DNA of 64,000 nucleotides from an uncultured bacterium (GTDB taxonomy: Bacteria; Krumholzibacteriota; Krumholzibacteriia; LZORAL124-64-63): positions 800,001 to 864,000 of the forward strand of contig CAVSGO010000007.1 in assembly GCA_963727525.1 (NCBI GenBank), given 5' to 3'. Below the pieces are notes generated by a model. That model made no database searches, was not told the DNA's origin, and was given only the letters and a program-made list of their open reading frames with translations. Positions 45,499 through 55,498 of this stretch are shown in pieces. The position numbers were made by a program, and so were the translations under genes. Numbering within the stretch: the first letter of the stretch is position 1; each line of letters starts with the position of its first letter.

Positions 45499-46374
45499 AT
45501 GGCGATCTTCGTGGACAGCGACACCCGGGTGCTCGTGCAAGGCATCACCGGTCGTGATGGCAGTTTCCACGCGCAGCAGATGCTTGAGTACGGGACAGCG
45601 CTCGTGGCCGGGGTCACGCCCGGGAAGGGTGGACAGACCTTCGCCGACACGGTGCCCGTCTTCGACACCGTGAAGGATGCGGTCGAGGCCACGGATGCGA
45701 ACACGTCGGTGATCTTCGTTCCACCGCCGTTCGCGGCGGGAGCGGTGCTCGAGGCGGCCGACGCCGGCATCGAGCTGGTGGTGTGCATCACCGAGGGGGT
45801 GCCCACCCTCGACATGGTCAAGGTCATGCCGTACCTGCACGAGCGCGGCACGCGCCTCATCGGTCCCAACTGCCCGGGCATGCTGGCGCCGGGCATCGCC
45901 AAGCTGGGCATCATGCCGGCGAGCATCGTGAAGGAAGGGCACGTCGGCGTGGTCTCGCGCAGCGGCACGCTCACCTACGAGGTCGTGTGGCAGCTCACAT
46001 CCGCCGGGCTGGGGCAGAGCACCTGCCTGGGCATCGGTGGCGACCCGGTCATCGGCACCACGTTCATGGACGCGGTGCGGGCCTTCGCCGACGACCCCGA
46101 GACCCATGCCCTGGTCCTGATCGGCGAGATCGGCGGTGACGCCGAGGAGCAGGCGGCGGCCTACATCCAGGACCACGTGGAAATGCCGGTCGTGGCGTTC
46201 ATCGCCGGCCAGACGGCTCCTCCCGGCAAGCGCATGGGCCATGCCGGCGCCATCGTCTCCGGCGGCACCGGCCTGGCGGCCGACAAGAAGAAGGCACTCG
46301 AGGCGGCCGGTATCCCGGTGGCAGAGCGAGCCATTGATATCGTGCCCAAGCTCGAGGGCATCTGGAAGAAGTAG
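45499..46374 (+). CDS. sucD: Succinyl-CoA synthetase alpha subunit
   Basis: [26 protein letters not shown]. Confidence 0.97.
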   Translation: MAIFVDSDTRVLVQGITGRDGSFHAQQMLEYGTALVAGVTPGKGGQTFADTVPVFDTVKDAVEATDANTSVIFVPPPFAAGAVLEAADAGIELVVCITEGVPTLDMVKVMPYLHERGTRLIGPNCPGMLAPGIAKLGIMPASIVKEGHVGVVSRSGTLTYEVVWQLTSAGLGQSTCLGIGGDPVIGTTFMDAVRAFADDPETHALVLIGEIGGDAEEQAAAYIQDHVEMPVVAFIAGQTAPPGKRMGHAGAIVSGGTGLAADKKKALEAAGIPVAERAIDIVPKLEGIWKK

Positions 46375-46404
46375 AGACTAAGCCCAACGGGGAGCGAGAG
46401 ATCC

Positions 46405-46812
46405 GTGCAGCAGACGTACTTCATGATCAAGCCCGAGATCGTAGCGGCTCAGCCCCAGCAGATCGGGGCCATTCTCCAGGCGGTATGCGAGGCGGGTTTC
46501 CGCATCGTCGATATGGCCCTGCGGCGGCTGCCGGCCGATCTGGTCGCCGATTTCTACGGCGAGCACCGCGGCAAGCCGTTCTACGACGATCTCGTGGGTT
46601 ACATCACCTCCGGTCCCGTCGTCGCCGTACGCCTCGAGGCTGATGCCGCGGTGGCGCGGTTGCGTGAGGTGATCGGCGCCACCGACCCGGCGAACGCCGT
46701 TCCGGGGACGATCCGGGCTCGTTTCGGGGCATCGCTCCAGAACAACGCGGTGCATGCGTCGGCCAATCCGACCGATGCGGCCCGCGAACTGGCGCTGATC
46801 TTCGGGGACTGA
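46405..46812 (+). CDS. ndk: Nucleoside-diphosphate kinase
   Basis: MIKP, EH.GKPFY, PGTIR, NAVHAS. Confidence 0.95.
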   Translation: MQQTYFMIKPEIVAAQPQQIGAILQAVCEAGFRIVDMALRRLPADLVADFYGEHRGKPFYDDLVGYITSGPVVAVRLEADAAVARLREVIGATDPANAVPGTIRARFGASLQNNAVHASANPTDAARELALIFGD

Positions 46813-46830
46813 TGGCGCCAGCGGCCCATC

Positions 46831-46859
46831 TTGACAGTAACTGATTAGCGACTTAGAGT
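46831..46859 (+). promoter_or_regulatory. Sigma-70 promoter (TTGACA-N17-TAGAGT) of the yceD-rpmF-plsX-fab operon
   Basis: Near-consensus; ATG only 10 nt after the -10 end. Confidence 0.75.
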
Positions 46860-46868
46860 TGCCCGCTC

Positions 46869-47354
46869 ATGAGACTGGATCTCGACAGAACCCCCAACGG
46901 TGCTTCTGACCTTCCCCTGGCGGGAGATCTGGGGCTGGACTTCGGCGCCGGCGGGCCGAATGCCGTGCACATCGACGGCACGTTGCGGGTGGACAACCTC
47001 GAGAGCCGGCTCGTGGTACGCGGAGAGGTGAATGCGACGGGCGACGCCGAATGCGGACGTTGCCTGAACACGTTTTCCCTGTCCTTTCCGGTGCCGGTGG
47101 AGATCGTGGTCCTCAGGGATACGGACACCGGCGAGGACGACGAGGGCGAGACGCTGGTCATCCACCAGCGTCGCGGCGAGGTCGACCTGACCGACGCCGT
47201 ACGCGAGGCGGCAGTCCTGGCGGTGCCGCAATTGCGGGTCTGTTGCGAGGACTGCCGGGGCCTGTGCCCGACGTGCGGGGCGGATCTGAACCGCACGACG
47301 TGCGAATGTGACAACGAGGACGCCGATCCGCGCTGGGACGGCCTGCCCGAGTAG
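46869..47354 (+). CDS. yceD: DUF177/YceD family protein
   Basis: C.RCL, C.EDC.GLC..CG.DLN, DPRW; precedes rpmF. Confidence 0.9.
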   Translation: MRLDLDRTPNGASDLPLAGDLGLDFGAGGPNAVHIDGTLRVDNLESRLVVRGEVNATGDAECGRCLNTFSLSFPVPVEIVVLRDTDTGEDDEGETLVIHQRRGEVDLTDAVREAAVLAVPQLRVCCEDCRGLCPTCGADLNRTTCECDNEDADPRWDGLPE

Positions 47355-47402
47355 GCGACCGTGCGCGACCGGGGTCACGCAACGATTCAGGAGATCCGAG
47401 CG

Positions 47403-47582
47403 ATGGCTGTTCCCAAGCACCGCAACACGAGATCCCGCGGCGGCAAGCGGCGGGCCCACTGGCACCTGCGCAAGCCCGATCCCAACAAGTGTCCGCATTG
47501 CGGCGCTCCGCGCCTGCCGCACCGGGTGTGCAGGGCCTGCGGATACTATGGGGAGCGGGAAGTGATGGTCGTCGAGGCCTGA
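47403..47582 (+). CDS. rpmF: 50S ribosomal protein L32
   Basis: MAVPK, CPHCG...PHRVC..CG.Y. Confidence 0.95.
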   Translation: MAVPKHRNTRSRGGKRRAHWHLRKPDPNKCPHCGAPRLPHRVCRACGYYGEREVMVVEA

Positions 47583-47592
47583 GGCAACGACC

Positions 47593-48614
47593 GTGACGCC
47601 CAGCGCGGAGCATCCCCTCATCGCCGTCGACGCGATGGGAGGCGACTTCGGACCCGAGGTCGTGATCCCTGGCGTCGTGGAAGCGGTACGTGCCGACGGG
47701 CGCTGCCGCGTCGCGCTGTATGGCGATGCGACGCGCATCGAGGCCGCGATCGCCGAGGCTGACGCGGGCGATCTGCCGCTCTCCGTCGTGCCGTGCACCC
47801 AGGACATCGGCATGGACGAGTCGCCGGCCGCCGCGATCCGAGGCAAACCCGACTCGCCGATCGCGCGCGCGATGCGGGACCATCGCGAGGGAGAGGTGGC
47901 TGCGGTGATCTCGGCCGGCAGCACCGGCGCCATGGTCGCCGCTAGCCTGCTGCTCCTGGGCCGCCTGCCCACTGCCGATCGTCCCGCGATCGCGACGTTC
48001 ATCCCGACGCTCCAGGGCGAGGCCCTGCTCGTCGATGCCGGCGCGAACGTCCAGTGCACGCCCGATCTCCTGCTGAGCTTCGCCCGCATGGGCGAGGTCT
48101 ATTGCCGGCTACTCCAGAACCGCACCCGACCGCGGGTGGGTCTGCTGAACATCGGCGCCGAGCCGGGTAAGGGCAGCGACCTCACCATCGCCACCCACGC
48201 CCTGCTTGCTGGCGCGCCGCTGGATTTCGTCGGCAACGTGGAGAGCAACGAGCTGCTGCTCGGGCGCTGCGATGTCCTCGTCACCGACGGCTTCACGGGC
48301 AATGTCGTGCTCAAACAGGTCGAGGGGATCGCCCAGTTCCTGGGGGGCTCGCGCACCTCGAGGGCATCAGCGATACCGAGAAGAGCAGCCTCCGGACGCT
48401 ACTTGGGCTGATCCAGCGCCGATTCACCTACGAGGTCTATGGCGGAGCGCCGCTGCTCGGCGTGGCCGGCATCGCCGTGATCTGCCACGGCCGCAGCACG
48501 TCGACAGCCTTCCGACACGCCGTGCGTGTGACGCTGCGGCAGGTCCAGGTCGACCTGCCGACGCAGCTCGAACGCGCCCTGGCCTCGCCAGGCTCAGCCA
48601 AGGGGGATGCGTGA
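47593..48614 (+). CDS. plsX: Phosphate acyltransferase PlsX, frameshifted at a G6 run (48342-48347)
   Basis: AVDAMGGD, SAGSTGA, LLNIG.E..KG, TDGFTGNV in the first frame; YGGAPLLGV....ICHGRS continues in the -1 frame to TGA 48612-48614. Confidence 0.88.
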
Positions 48615-49597
48615 CCATCAAGGTACCCATGATCTTTCCCGGCCAAGCGTCGCAGCAGGTGGGGATGGCCGCCGATCTGCTCGCGAGCGCCGGACCCGGG
48701 GCCGACCTCCTGCGCCAGATCGACACGACCCTCGGCTTCTCGCTCACGACCCTGATGACCCACGGTCCGGCCGAGCAACTCACCGAGACCCGCAACGCGC
48801 AACCCGCCATCCTCGCGCACTCGGTCGCCGTCGCTCTCGAGCTGGCGGCGCGCGGCATCGCCCCGTCGGTGGTCGCGGGCCACAGCCTGGGCGAGTTCAG
48901 CGCCGCGGCCGCGGCCGGGGCGATCGATCCTCTCGCGGCCGTACGCCTCGTGCGTCGGCGCGGCGAGTTGATGTGGAACGCCGGCGAGGCGCGGCCGGGC
49001 ACGATGGCCGCGGTCATGGGTCTGGCGGCCGACGCCGTGGCCCGCATCTGCGCCGAGGTGAGCGCCGATGCGGGCGTCGTGGTGATGGCCAACCACAACT
49101 CGCCGAGCCAGGTGGCGATCTCGGGCGAACCGGCGGCCGTGGCGGCGGCGGGTGAGGTACTCAAGGCCGCGGGCGCCCGGCGCGTGATCCCACTCAATGT
49201 GAGCGGCGCTTTCCATTCGCCGTTGCTCGCCGACGCGGCAGTGATGTTCGCGCAGGATCTCGCGGCGATCTCGTTCCAGGACCCGCTGGTGCCGCTGGTG
49301 GCCAACGTTTCCGCCGAGCCCGTCACGGCCGGCGCGGCGCTGCGCGAAGGCTTCGCCGCCCAGCTCACGGCGCCGGTGCGCTGGCACGAGATCATGGATC
49401 GGCTGTGCGCTGGGCCCGACCAGCCGCGCGCCGTGCTCGAGGTGGGGCCCGGCCAGGTGCTGTCCAATCTGGCGCGACGCACCTATCCTGGGGTGGCGTT
49501 CCTCGCGGTCGGCTCGGCCGCGGATCTCGAAACCGTGGGCGAACGGCTCGCGAGCCTGCTCGCCGACGGAAAGGCCACGGAGGCCGATCATGCCTGA
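48611..49597 (+). CDS. fabD: Malonyl-CoA:ACP transacylase
   Basis: FPGQ.SQ, AQPAI, GHSLGE, VSGAFHS, EVGPG; GTGA overlap with restored plsX. Confidence 0.95.
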   Translation: MTIKVPMIFPGQASQQVGMAADLLASAGPGADLLRQIDTTLGFSLTTLMTHGPAEQLTETRNAQPAILAHSVAVALELAARGIAPSVVAGHSLGEFSAAAAAGAIDPLAAVRLVRRRGELMWNAGEARPGTMAAVMGLAADAVARICAEVSADAGVVVMANHNSPSQVAISGEPAAVAAAGEVLKAAGARRVIPLNVSGAFHSPLLADAAVMFAQDLAAISFQDPLVPLVANVSAEPVTAGAALREGFAAQLTAPVRWHEIMDRLCAGPDQPRAVLEVGPGQVLSNLARRTYPGVAFLAVGSAADLETVGERLASLLADGKATEADHA

Positions 49598-50318
49598 GGG
49601 CGCCGTCATCGTCACTGGAGCGAATCGCGGTATCGGTCTGGCGATCGCACAGATGCTCGCACGGGCAGGCTATGCGCTCGCGCTCGTGGGGCGCGACACG
49701 GCGCGGCTCGCCGAGGTGGCCGCGTCACTGCCCGGCGATCACGCTCGCGTGTACAAGGCGGATATCGCCGAATTCGCGCAGGTGGAGGCCGCCGTCGCGC
49801 AGATGCAGAGCGACTTCCCGGCGTTGCACGGCCTGGTCAACAACGCCGGCATGACGAAGGACGGCCTCGTTCTGCGCATGTCGCCGCAGGACTGGCAGCG
49901 TGTCATCGAGGTCAATCTGAACGGGACCTTCTACTTTACACGCTGCGTGGCGCCGATTATGATGCGCCAGCGAAGTGGCCGGATCGTGAACGTCAGTTCC
50001 GTGATCGGGATGACGGGCAACGCGGGCCAGGCCAACTACGCTGCCAGCAAGGCGGGCATCATTGCCCTGACCAAGTCGGTGGCGCGGGAGCTGGGCGGGC
50101 GCGGCGTGACCTGCAACGCCATCGCGCCGGGGTTCATCACCACGGACATGACCGCCGTCCTTTCCGAGAAGGTGCAGGCGGACATGTTACAACGCATCCC
50201 TCTGAAGCGGTTCGGCACCGGGGAAGACGTGGCCGGACTCGTGAAGTTTCTCTTGTCGGAGGAAGCCGCATACATCACCGGGCAAACCCTGGTCGTGGAC
50301 GGCGGCATGGTCACGTGA
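49590..50318 (+). CDS. fabG: 3-oxoacyl-ACP reductase
   Basis: [17 protein letters not shown]. Confidence 0.95.
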   Translation: MPEGAVIVTGANRGIGLAIAQMLARAGYALALVGRDTARLAEVAASLPGDHARVYKADIAEFAQVEAAVAQMQSDFPALHGLVNNAGMTKDGLVLRMSPQDWQRVIEVNLNGTFYFTRCVAPIMMRQRSGRIVNVSSVIGMTGNAGQANYAASKAGIIALTKSVARELGGRGVTCNAIAPGFITTDMTAVLSEKVQADMLQRIPLKRFGTGEDVAGLVKFLLSEEAAYITGQTLVVDGGMVT

Positions 50319-50349
50319 ACGCAGACTGACGTCAAGGAGGGCCATCGAG

Positions 50350-50589
50350 ATGGCTTCGATTCAGGAGAAGGTGTACGAGATCATCGAGCGCAAGCTGTCC
50401 GTGAATCCCGAGCAGATCACCCCCGAGGCTTCCTTCACCGAGGACCTGGGGGCCGATTCGCTCGACACGGTGGAGCTGGTCATGGATCTCGAGGAACAGT
50501 TCGGCATCACGATCCCGGAAGAGGATCAGGAGAAACTGCGCACGGTGCAGGACGCGATCGATTATCTCGAGGAGCACGCCGAGGGTTAG
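50350..50589 (+). CDS. acpP: Acyl carrier protein
   Basis: [14 protein letters not shown]. Confidence 0.97.
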   Translation: MASIQEKVYEIIERKLSVNPEQITPEASFTEDLGADSLDTVELVMDLEEQFGITIPEEDQEKLRTVQDAIDYLEEHAEG

Positions 50590-50632
50590 CTCCCGCACCC
50601 GGTGTCCGGCCGCACGGCCAGGGCTTCGGTCA

Positions 50633-50680
50633 CGACCCCGGTCTCACGCCGAACGCTCCGGCAAGGCCGGGGTCGCTTTC
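50633..50680 (+). terminator. Hairpin after acpP
   Basis: CGACCCCGG...CCGGGGTCG stem followed by CTTTC. Confidence 0.5.
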
Positions 50681-50692
50681 GATCGCCAGCTG

Positions 50693-50736
50693 CAAGAGCG
50701 CCAGATACAAGAGCGCCAGATACAAGAGCGCCAGAT
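50693..50736. repeat. 15-bp tandem repeat (CAAGAGCGCCAGATA) x3
   Basis: Two exact copies, a third matching 14/15, and a degenerate partial copy upstream; intergenic acpP-fabF. Confidence 0.9.
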
Positions 50737-50772
50737 GATACGGACCGGCACGGGACAGCGGTGAGGAGGTCA

Positions 50773-52014
50773 ATGGTGAACTTGAAGAAGGTCGTGGTGA
50801 CCGGTCTCGGCATGGTGACGGCGGTCGGTCGCGATCGCGACGCCACGTGGGCGTCCGTCCGGGCCGGCAAGGGCGGCGTCAGTCCGATCACTAGTTTCGA
50901 TACCGAGGGGTACCGCACGACGTTCGCGGCCGAGATCAAGGATTTTGATCCCAACGTGGTGATGGACCCTAAGGAGTCACGCAAGGCCGACCGCTATGCG
51001 CAGCTGGCCATCGCAGCCGCCGAGCAGGCCGTAGCCCAGGCCCAGTGCGGGTCGCCAAGCGATCCGTTCCGTGCCGGCGTGATCATCGCGTCCGGCATCG
51101 GAGGCATGCTCACGTTCGAGGAGCAACACACGAAGTTGATGCAGCGGGGACCACGCGGCGTGTCGCCACTCTTCATCCCGATGATGATCGCCGACATGGC
51201 GTCGGGTCTGGTCTCCATCCGGTACGGGTTCCGCGGTCCGAACTTCTCGACCGTGTCCGCCTGCGCCTCGGCCGGACACGCGATCGCCACCGCCTACGAT
51301 CATATTCGCCTGGGCAACGCCGACGTCATGATCACGGGTGGCGCCGAGGCGGCCATCTGCCCGATGGCGCTCTCCGGATTCGGAAACATGAAGGCCCTGT
51401 CCGCCCGGAACGACGAGCCCGAGAAGGCGAGTCGTCCCTTCGACGCCGAACGTGATGGATTCGTGCTCGGAGAGGGCGCGGGGATCATGGTGATCGAGGG
51501 CGAGGAGCATGCGCAGGCGCGCGGGGCGACCATCCTCGGTGAGATCGTCGGGTACGGCGCCACGGCCGACGCCTATCACATGACCCAGCCCGACAACGAT
51601 GGTGAGGGTGCCCAGGCGAGTATGAGTCTCGCGCTGAAGAGCGCGGGCATCACGCCCGAGCAGGTTGGCTATATCAACGCTCACGGCACGTCGACCTATT
51701 TCAACGACAAGATCGAGAGCCTGGCCATCCGCAAGGTGTTCGGCGACCATGCCGACCGGCTAGCGGTCAGCTCCACGAAGTCGATGGTGGGCCACCTGTT
51801 GGGGGCCGCCGGAGGAGTGGAGGGCGGCGTGACGGTCCTCGCGCTGCACGAGGGCATCCTGCCACCGACCATCAACCTCGACCATCCGGATCCCGAGTGC
51901 GATCTCGACTACTGCCCGAATCACGCGGTGGAACGCCGCGTGGAATTCGCGCTGTCGAACTCGTTCGGGTTCGGCGGTCACAACGTGTCCCTGTGCTTCA
52001 AGGCGCGGGTCTGA
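50773..52014 (+). CDS. fabF: 3-oxoacyl-ACP synthase II
   Basis: VVVTGLG, SACAS, NAHGTST, KSMVGHLLGAAG, SNSFGFGG; GAGGAGG RBS. Confidence 0.96.
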   Translation: MVNLKKVVVTGLGMVTAVGRDRDATWASVRAGKGGVSPITSFDTEGYRTTFAAEIKDFDPNVVMDPKESRKADRYAQLAIAAAEQAVAQAQCGSPSDPFRAGVIIASGIGGMLTFEEQHTKLMQRGPRGVSPLFIPMMIADMASGLVSIRYGFRGPNFSTVSACASAGHAIATAYDHIRLGNADVMITGGAEAAICPMALSGFGNMKALSARNDEPEKASRPFDAERDGFVLGEGAGIMVIEGEEHAQARGATILGEIVGYGATADAYHMTQPDNDGEGAQASMSLALKSAGITPEQVGYINAHGTSTYFNDKIESLAIRKVFGDHADRLAVSSTKSMVGHLLGAAGGVEGGVTVLALHEGILPPTINLDHPDPECDLDYCPNHAVERRVEFALSNSFGFGGHNVSLCFKARV

Positions 52015-52024
52015 TCGCGCGGCC

Positions 52025-52849
52025 ATGACGCTGCGCTCATTCTGGCTACGTCTCACGGGCGGCGGTGCGGACGCGACACCCGACACCGCCGCACCGGTGG
52101 CCCAGGATCCGGAAAACCTCGAGCGCCTCGAGGTCAAGCTCGGTCACACCTTCGAGGATCCTTCGCTGCTCGCCAACGCTCTGGTGCACCGCTCCCATAT
52201 CCACGTCAGTCAGGCCGCCCGCATCGAATCGAACGAGCGTCTCGAGTTCCTGGGCGATGCTGTGCTCGGCGTCGTCGTGAATGCGTACCTCTATGAGCGC
52301 TTCCCGGAGGCGAGCGAGGGTGACCTGACGAAGATGAAATCGCTCCTCGTGTGCGGGAGCCGTCTGAGCGAGGTCGCGGCGCAACTCGACCTCGGCAGCC
52401 ATGTCCAGATGTCTCGCGCCGAGGCCGCCACGGGGGGGCGCCATCGTTCGAGCATCCTGGCCGACACCACCGAGGCTCTGATCGGCGCCATCTATCTCGA
52501 CGGAGGACTCGAAGCGGCGGAGGCGATGATCAACCGTTGCTTGCTGGTGCAGTGCGACCAGGTGCTGGCCCGGCGCGGTCTCGACAACTACAAGAGCCGC
52601 CTGCAGGAGATGGTCCAGGCTCGCTACAAGAGTCCGCCCCGCTACCGCGTGCTTTCCGCCGAGGGGCCGGATCACGCGCGCGTGTTTACCGTGTGTGTCA
52701 CCTTCAACGGCACCGCCCTCGGTCAGGGGGAAGGGCCGAACAAGAAGACCGCCGAGCAGGTTGCCGCGCATTCCGCTCTGGAACGACTGACGCGCGAACC
52801 CGACCTGCTGGCGGAGTTGGGTGGCGACGGGCGCGGTCCCGCCGAGTGA
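52025..52849 (+). CDS. rnc: Ribonuclease III
   Basis: NERLEFLGDAVL, EALIGAIYLD, dsRBD. Confidence 0.96.
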   Translation: MTLRSFWLRLTGGGADATPDTAAPVAQDPENLERLEVKLGHTFEDPSLLANALVHRSHIHVSQAARIESNERLEFLGDAVLGVVVNAYLYERFPEASEGDLTKMKSLLVCGSRLSEVAAQLDLGSHVQMSRAEAATGGRHRSSILADTTEALIGAIYLDGGLEAAEAMINRCLLVQCDQVLARRGLDNYKSRLQEMVQARYKSPPRYRVLSAEGPDHARVFTVCVTFNGTALGQGEGPNKKTAEQVAAHSALERLTREPDLLAELGGDGRGPAE

Positions 52850-52874
52850 CGCATCGCCGTGGAGAGTCATCCCC

Positions 52875-54686
52875 ATGCAGATTCGCCGGCACATCGTCGG
52901 TTACGGTTTGCTTGTCGTCACTGTGAGCGCGTGCGCCCAGTCGGCGCCGCCCGCGACCCCGCCCGATTTGCCGCCGCCCGCCGATCGCGTGCAGAGGCTC
53001 GGCGGCGAGGTCGGACGCGATATGGGTTTGCCCCTCGGGGCGGGCCCGGCTTACCAGATCGGACGCACGCTCGCCCAGCAGGGTGATCCCCAGGCGGCGC
53101 TGCCGTACCTGAACCAAGCGTTCCGCATGGCGCCCGATGTCGAACGCATCGGCGCGACCTATCTCGACGTTCTCGTCGCCACCGGCTACGAGAGCGACGC
53201 CCTCAACGTCGTATCGGGCCTCGTCCGCCTGCATCCCGGCGACATGGCCTACCGTCGCCGCCACGCGGCTCTGCTGGCGCGCGCGGGGCAGTACCGTCAG
53301 GCTCTCGATGAGGTCCAGCAGGTGCAAGCCGCACAGGTCGACGACGTCGATCTGGTGAAACTCGAGTGCGAGCTGCGCGAACGGCTCGGCGAGGTCGACC
53401 GGGCGCTCACTGTCGCGGCGGCCGCCGAGGACCGGTTCCCCGACGCGCGCCAGGAGCTCGTGGTGCTGCAGGCGGCCATCCTGAGGCGTGCCGACCGGCG
53501 CGACGACCTCGAGGTTCTGCTGCGCTCTCGCCTGGGCACCATGCCGACCTCCGTACCGATCCGCCAGGCTCTGTTGCGCGCCCTCGTGGAACGCAAGGAT
53601 CTGGCTGCCGCGCTGGTCGTGGCCGAGGAGGGGGACGCGTTGCCCTCGTCCGGGGACGCGGAGACCAAAGCGGGTTTCCAGATCCAGCTCGCCGATATGC
53701 TCGTCCGTGACGGCCGCTATCCCGAGGCCGTCGACGTGCTCAACGACCTGCGCAGCCGCGGCCAGGCCGACCAGGATGCCCAGCTCTGGCTCACACGGCT
53801 GCTCGTCGGCCTGGGACGCAACGAGCAAGCCAAGGATATTCTGGGCGCCATCCTCGAGCGCTGGCCCCGGGCGGGCGAGGCTCACTACCTGCGTGGCAAG
53901 GTCGCCCTCGGCGAGGGGGATGCCGGCACGGCGCTCGCGAGTCTGCGGCAAGCCGTGTCCCTGGCACCCGATCGCGTCGATTTCCGCCTGGCGCTACTGC
54001 AAGGCCTGCTCACGACCCGCCGCGACGCGCTCGCGGCCACAGCGCCCACGCCCGCGCAGCAGGCCGTGCGCGAAGAGCTGTCCAAGCAGGCTGAGAAGGC
54101 TGCGTTCCAGGTGCATCCGCGCGATGCCGCGGGGCATCTCATTCTCGGCTATGCTTACGAGGCGCTCGACGAACTCGAGAAAGCAGCTCGCCAGTTCGAG
54201 GCCGCCGGCGAGGTGAACGACGTGCGTGTTCAGGCGATGCTCGAGCTGAGCCTTTGCTACGAGCGGATGGGCGAGACGAGCCGGGCGGGCAAGACGCTCG
54301 AGAACCTGCGGCAAGAGTTTCCGGATCAGCCCGAGGTGGCGAACACCCTCGGGTATTTTCTGGCCGAGCGCGGGACGGATCTCGGGCGCGCCGAGGATCT
54401 CGTACGCCAGGCCCTGAAGGACGATCCGGTGAACGGGGCGTACCTCGATTCGCTGGGCTGGGTCCTCTACAAGCGAGGCGACCATGCGGCCGCCTTCGAC
54501 CAGCTCGTCGAGGCGGCGAATCAGCGTCCGGAAGATCCCGTCATCCTCGAGCATCTCGGACTGACGCTCCGCGCGCTCGGCCGTTCGGCCGAGGCGCTCA
54601 ACGTCCTGCGTCGGTGCCTCGCCGCTGGCGGCGAGACCGCACGCATCGCCCCCGTGATCAAGGAGCTGGAATCCGATGAGCAATAA
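52875..54686 (+). CDS. TPR-repeat putative lipoprotein
   Basis: Lipobox-like VSAC; many TPRs; N.LGY.LA, YLDSLGWV.Y, EHLG motifs. Confidence 0.8.
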   Translation: MQIRRHIVGYGLLVVTVSACAQSAPPATPPDLPPPADRVQRLGGEVGRDMGLPLGAGPAYQIGRTLAQQGDPQAALPYLNQAFRMAPDVERIGATYLDVLVATGYESDALNVVSGLVRLHPGDMAYRRRHAALLARAGQYRQALDEVQQVQAAQVDDVDLVKLECELRERLGEVDRALTVAAAAEDRFPDARQELVVLQAAILRRADRRDDLEVLLRSRLGTMPTSVPIRQALLRALVERKDLAAALVVAEEGDALPSSGDAETKAGFQIQLADMLVRDGRYPEAVDVLNDLRSRGQADQDAQLWLTRLLVGLGRNEQAKDILGAILERWPRAGEAHYLRGKVALGEGDAGTALASLRQAVSLAPDRVDFRLALLQGLLTTRRDALAATAPTPAQQAVREELSKQAEKAAFQVHPRDAAGHLILGYAYEALDELEKAARQFEAAGEVNDVRVQAMLELSLCYERMGETSRAGKTLENLRQEFPDQPEVANTLGYFLAERGTDLGRAEDLVRQALKDDPVNGAYLDSLGWVLYKRGDHAAAFDQLVEAANQRPEDPVILEHLGLTLRALGRSAEALNVLRRCLAAGGETARIAPVIKELESDEQ

Positions 54687-55431
54687 ACGGTCGAGTCCCT
54701 GTCTCGCGATCGTGATGGTCGGCCTCGCCGTCGCGGTCTGGCCTGCCGGCAGCCGCGCTGCCGGCGAACAGGCGACGCTCGGCCTGGCCGAGTGGCATAT
54801 CGAGAGCGCCCTGGCCCCGGCATCCGGTCGTGCTCTCTGGTTCATCGACCGCGCCGGTTCCTGGCGCTGCGATGTCGGCGTGGGCGAGGGGGCCGCGGTG
54901 ACGGTCTCCGATCTGCGCGATCGCCGAGGGCGGGGCTGGACCCTGGCCGCGCCCTGGGATGGCGCCATGCTGCTCGAGGCCTGGGGCGAGCCTTGGCGCG
55001 AAGGGGGCAAGGCCGTGACCGCCGTGATGGCGGGCATCCTCGGACGCTGGACCGATACCGGAGATGGCCCGGCGACCACGGAACGCCGCTACGGCGCCTG
55101 GACCCGGCCGCGACCGCGCCGTCACCTGACCGTCGTCGTGGATACGGACGATCTGCCGGATGCCTGGCGTCCGCCCGACGCGCGTGACATCGCCGGCAAG
55201 GGCACGCGCCGCGCCATGGTCTCCCGCGGCCACGGACGTGGCGGACAGGGGCTGCGCATCGCCATCGAGGCGCGTCCCCAGGGTGGCCTGAGCCTGACGA
55301 CCGCCCGCTATCCGGGCGCTCTCGTCCTGAACACTCCCGCTCTCCAGCGAGTGACATCGTTGCCGCCAGAAGCGTTCCTCCCGGTCTGGTCGGTCGCGGA
55401 GCTGGGGCTCGCCGCTGGATTGTCCGAATAG
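54676..55431 (+). CDS. Hypothetical exported protein
   Basis: Signal peptide; overlaps end of the TPR gene; no recognised motif. Confidence 0.55.
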   Translation: MSNKRSSPCLAIVMVGLAVAVWPAGSRAAGEQATLGLAEWHIESALAPASGRALWFIDRAGSWRCDVGVGEGAAVTVSDLRDRRGRGWTLAAPWDGAMLLEAWGEPWREGGKAVTAVMAGILGRWTDTGDGPATTERRYGAWTRPRPRRHLTVVVDTDDLPDAWRPPDARDIAGKGTRRAMVSRGHGRGGQGLRIAIEARPQGGLSLTTARYPGALVLNTPALQRVTSLPPEAFLPVWSVAELGLAAGLSE

Positions 55432-55434
55432 GAC

Positions 55435-55460
55435 GGAACTCGGTGGCGTCCCCGGGTGTT
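55435..55460 (+). promoter_or_regulatory. ECF sigma promoter candidate (GGAAC-N18-GTT)
   Basis: Directly upstream of the ECF sigma gene; typical autoregulatory position. Confidence 0.45.
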
Positions 55461-55498
55461 CCAACGGGCGCTGGCAGTTCCGCGTGCAGGAGGGTGAT

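Noticed and set aside
50693-50736. Possible CRISPR array
   Set aside because: 15-bp units with no spacers and no cas genes
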